Positions 61,795 to 64,000 of a DNA stretch of 64,000 bases are shown here, piece after piece. Under the pieces are notes generated by a model, which was not told the DNA's origin, did not search any database, and saw only the letters and a list, made by a program, of their open reading frames with translations. The translations under genes and the position numbers were made by a program. Each line of letters starts with the position of its first letter. The stretch's first letter is position 1. Source of the DNA: a virus; the IMG/VR virus record IMGVR_UViG_3300045988_108221, positions 4,654 through 68,653 of that record; one strand, 5' to 3'.

Positions 61795-64000
61795 ATGTCA
61801 GATAATTTTATTCACACACATCTACACTCGCAGTTTTCAAACTATGGGATGAAAGATGCAATCAGTTCCGTAGATGGTATTATCCAGCGTGTACACGAAT
61901 TGGGGCAACGTGGATTTGCACTCACAGACCACAATGGCTGTTCTGGGTTGATTGATACGTATGTACATCTGCAGAAATATAACAAGAAACATGGCACGAG
62001 TTTAAAGTTGTTGATGGGGTCAGAGCTGTATTATACATATGATGTAACCATTAAAGACAAATCGTATTCACATATATTATTCCTTGCGAAGAACCAAGTT
62101 GGTCTTGAGAACTTATTCGGGTTAACAACGGAAGCCCACCAGCATTATTATTATAAGTCAAGATGTGACTTGGATATGATACGCAAATACTCCGATGGCT
62201 TAATCTGTACATCGGCTTGCATGGGTGGATGGTTAAAAGGTGATAATCGTGAATCATTAATTCCACAGTTCAAAGACATCTTCGGTGATGACTTGTATTT
62301 TGAAATCCATACGTATCAGCATGAAGACCAAAAACGGTTCAATGCGATGGTTGCAGAAATGGGTGCAAAATATGATGTACCATTGATTGCCGCTTGTGAT
62401 TCTCATTATGTCTATGAAGAAGATTATGCTTTACATAAGGCGTTCCGTGGTCGTTCACAAGATGATGACGAAGACCAATACTATGGTTCAAACGATTTCT
62501 TTATACAATCGGAAACACAAGTGTTTGACCGACTTGAACCACAATTTGGTAAAGATATGGTTCAAACAATGATTGGCAATACAAATGTTATTTTTGACAA
62601 GTGTAATACACAGATTGATTTCAACCTTGATGTGTACCCAAAGTTTGTTAAAGATGGTGATGTCAAGCCTGTGTTTTTAGATGCGTTACGCCAGGGATAT
62701 AAGAAGAAAATCATCGGCAAGGTAACACCAGAATTTAAGAAACGTGTCGACGAGCGTGTGTTGCACGAGATTGATATTTTGGAACAAGTTGGGTATATGG
62801 ACTACTTGTTGATTACCAAAGACTTACTCGATGCTTGTCGTAAGCGTGGAATCCCTGTTTCAAGCGTGGGGCGTGGTTCTGTTGGAGGATGTGAGTGTGC
62901 ATATTTACTCGATATTGTCGGTTTGGATGCTATTAAAAATAACTTGTATTTTGAACGGTTTGCAAATCCAAACCGTGTATCTCCAGCCGACATCGACAAC
63001 GATTGCTCTAAGACAAGACGTGGAGAAGTCATTCAATATCTCGAAGAAAAATATAAATATGTATACCAATGTCGTACATTTTCATACATGAAAGCATCTG
63101 GTGCCTTAAAAGAAGCCGCACGTTGTTTAAACATAGACCATACAATTGCAGATGCCTACTCAAAGAAAATCAAGGGCGTATCGTTCGATGATGATGAAGA
63201 CTATTACGATAACGACCTAGAGTATGCCAAACTTGACCATGTAAACGATGGTAAACATCCAGAGATGTTCTCTCTAGCAAAACAGTTGGTCGGTATTATG
63301 ACTGGCTTTGGTAAACACGCATCGGCAGTCATTGTTTCAAACCAAGATATTACCAAGTATTGTTCTTTAGAAATGCAAAAAGATTCTAAAACAAAAGAAG
63401 AAACATTTGTGGCATCCACAAACTTTAAACATTTAGAGTCTATGGGTTTTCTAAAAGAGGATATTCTTGGTCTTAGAACCTTGGATGTAATTGACGATTG
63501 TGTAACGATGGCTGGTGTCAAAGAAACACTTGACTTAATTAATTTACCTTGGAATGATGAAAAGACTTTACAGTTATTGCGAAAAGGTGATACATTGGGT
63601 GTGTTTCAAATGAAATCACCGGGAATGATTAAGGTTCTTAAAGATATTGCTCCAAGGTCTTTTGTCGATTTGATTTCTGTAGTTGCCTTGTATCGACCAG
63701 CGTGTATTCTCGGTGGTACATTACAGGAGTTCATTGACCGAAGAAATGGTAAACCGTTTGAATACTTGGATGAACGACTAAAAGGTGTACTTTCGGAAAC
63801 ATATGGTATTATGTTATACCAAGAAGACATCATGAAAGTAGTTCAAGTTATTGGTGGCTACAGTATGGCAGAAGCTGATACGGTTCGTAGAGCCATCGGT
63901 AAAAAAGACCATGATTTAATGCAACAAATCACAGGTGAATTTATTGAACGTGCAAAATCCACAGGTACAGACCCAGAGGTGGCACAACAGATTTTAGATA
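61795..64000 (+). CDS. dnaE: DNA polymerase III alpha subunit (DnaE-type), 5' part; runs off the right edge
   Basis: AGGAGG SD. PHP domain FIHTHLHSQFS..DHNGCSG, palm GRGSVGGCECAYLLDIVGLD..YFERFANPNRVSPADIDND. Absent from the ORF track because it has no stop in the window. Confidence 0.9.
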   Translation, partial: MSDNFIHTHLHSQFSNYGMKDAISSVDGIIQRVHELGQRGFALTDHNGCSGLIDTYVHLQKYNKKHGTSLKLLMGSELYYTYDVTIKDKSYSHILFLAKNQVGLENLFGLTTEAHQHYYYKSRCDLDMIRKYSDGLICTSACMGGWLKGDNRESLIPQFKDIFGDDLYFEIHTYQHEDQKRFNAMVAEMGAKYDVPLIAACDSHYVYEEDYALHKAFRGRSQDDDEDQYYGSNDFFIQSETQVFDRLEPQFGKDMVQTMIGNTNVIFDKCNTQIDFNLDVYPKFVKDGDVKPVFLDALRQGYKKKIIGKVTPEFKKRVDERVLHEIDILEQVGYMDYLLITKDLLDACRKRGIPVSSVGRGSVGGCECAYLLDIVGLDAIKNNLYFERFANPNRVSPADIDNDCSKTRRGEVIQYLEEKYKYVYQCRTFSYMKASGALKEAARCLNIDHTIADAYSKKIKGVSFDDDEDYYDNDLEYAKLDHVNDGKHPEMFSLAKQLVGIMTGFGKHASAVIVSNQDITKYCSLEMQKDSKTKEETFVASTNFKHLESMGFLKEDILGLRTLDVIDDCVTMAGVKETLDLINLPWNDEKTLQLLRKGDTLGVFQMKSPGMIKVLKDIAPRSFVDLISVVALYRPACILGGTLQEFIDRRNGKPFEYLDERLKGVLSETYGIMLYQEDIMKVVQVIGGYSMAEADTVRRAIGKKDHDLMQQITGEFIERAKSTGTDPEVAQQILD

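Noticed and set aside
62051-63833. Minus-strand ORFs of 66-105 aa and plus-strand out-of-frame ORFs within 61.8-64 kb
   Set aside because: They are antisense to or out of frame with the dnaE reading frame, which carries clear PHP and palm motifs.
1-64000. Diversity-generating retroelement or retron near the tail fiber genes
   Set aside because: No reverse-transcriptase motif (YxDD) was found in any ORF, and no template/variable repeat pair was noticed near the fiber or J-like C-termini.

Overview
The window is a tightly packed tailed-phage (siphovirus-type) genome segment or prophage interior; no obvious host genes are present. Nearly all genes are on the minus strand.

Layout:
- 1-21.4 kb: late/structural module. 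It holds a partial collagen-like tail fiber, a lambda J/L/M-like tail tip, an NlpC/P60 protein, and a 1659-aa tape measure with a lysozyme block. It also holds a G/G-T chaperone pair with an A-run -1 frameshift site, the major tail protein, connector proteins, major capsid, scaffold, portal, TerL and TerS.
- 21.5-22.4 kb: a plus-strand cassette with its own promoter and terminator. It encodes a minimal (176 aa) tyrosine recombinase and a small membrane protein.
- 22.4-30.7 kb: the unusual part. About 5 kb of ORF-poor DNA is built from recurring sequence blocks and interleaved with visibly more AT-rich mini-gene cassettes, one of them ArdA-like. The blocks include CATATG-centred palindromes containing GAAC-N4-GTTC (Firmicute LexA/Cheo-box-like) cores, ATTCTCATTTAG, AAAATTTTCGATA, CCGTAYAAY.CAAATAA, TACTAGG, and terminators with GGCGGTA stems.
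- 30.7-61.7 kb: an early/replication region cut into operons by textbook TTGACA-17-TATAAT promoters and hairpin terminators. It encodes ThyX, an N6/N4 DNA methyltransferase and an HTH protein. It also encodes a complete YadA-type trimeric autotransporter adhesin and a DUF2829/Tad2-like protein. Further genes are an MmcB-like nuclease, a metallophosphoesterase, a sigma-region-4-like protein, dUTPase, a secreted 3D-domain protein, RusA, dNMP kinase and a Cas4-like nuclease. The replication end holds a tRNA operon, DnaB, two C5-methyltransferase-type genes, a paralogous FETNSSS.HS protein pair next to a Cys-rich enzyme-like protein, primase and SSB.
- 61.8-64.0 kb: the plus-strand 5' part of a DnaE-type polymerase, which runs off the window.

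Main leads:
- the repeat islands and their LexA-box-like palindrome arrays
- an iteron/AT-rich origin-like block
- a 35-bp non-sigma70 promoter-like element present three times in the late region
- the recombinase cassette with TACTAGG repeats
- the phage-borne adhesin
- the tRNA-Ser pair with tRNA-like and structured RNAs
- the FETNSSS paralog / methyltransferase cluster

All calls rest on reading the sequence and on motif memory. No database search was run.
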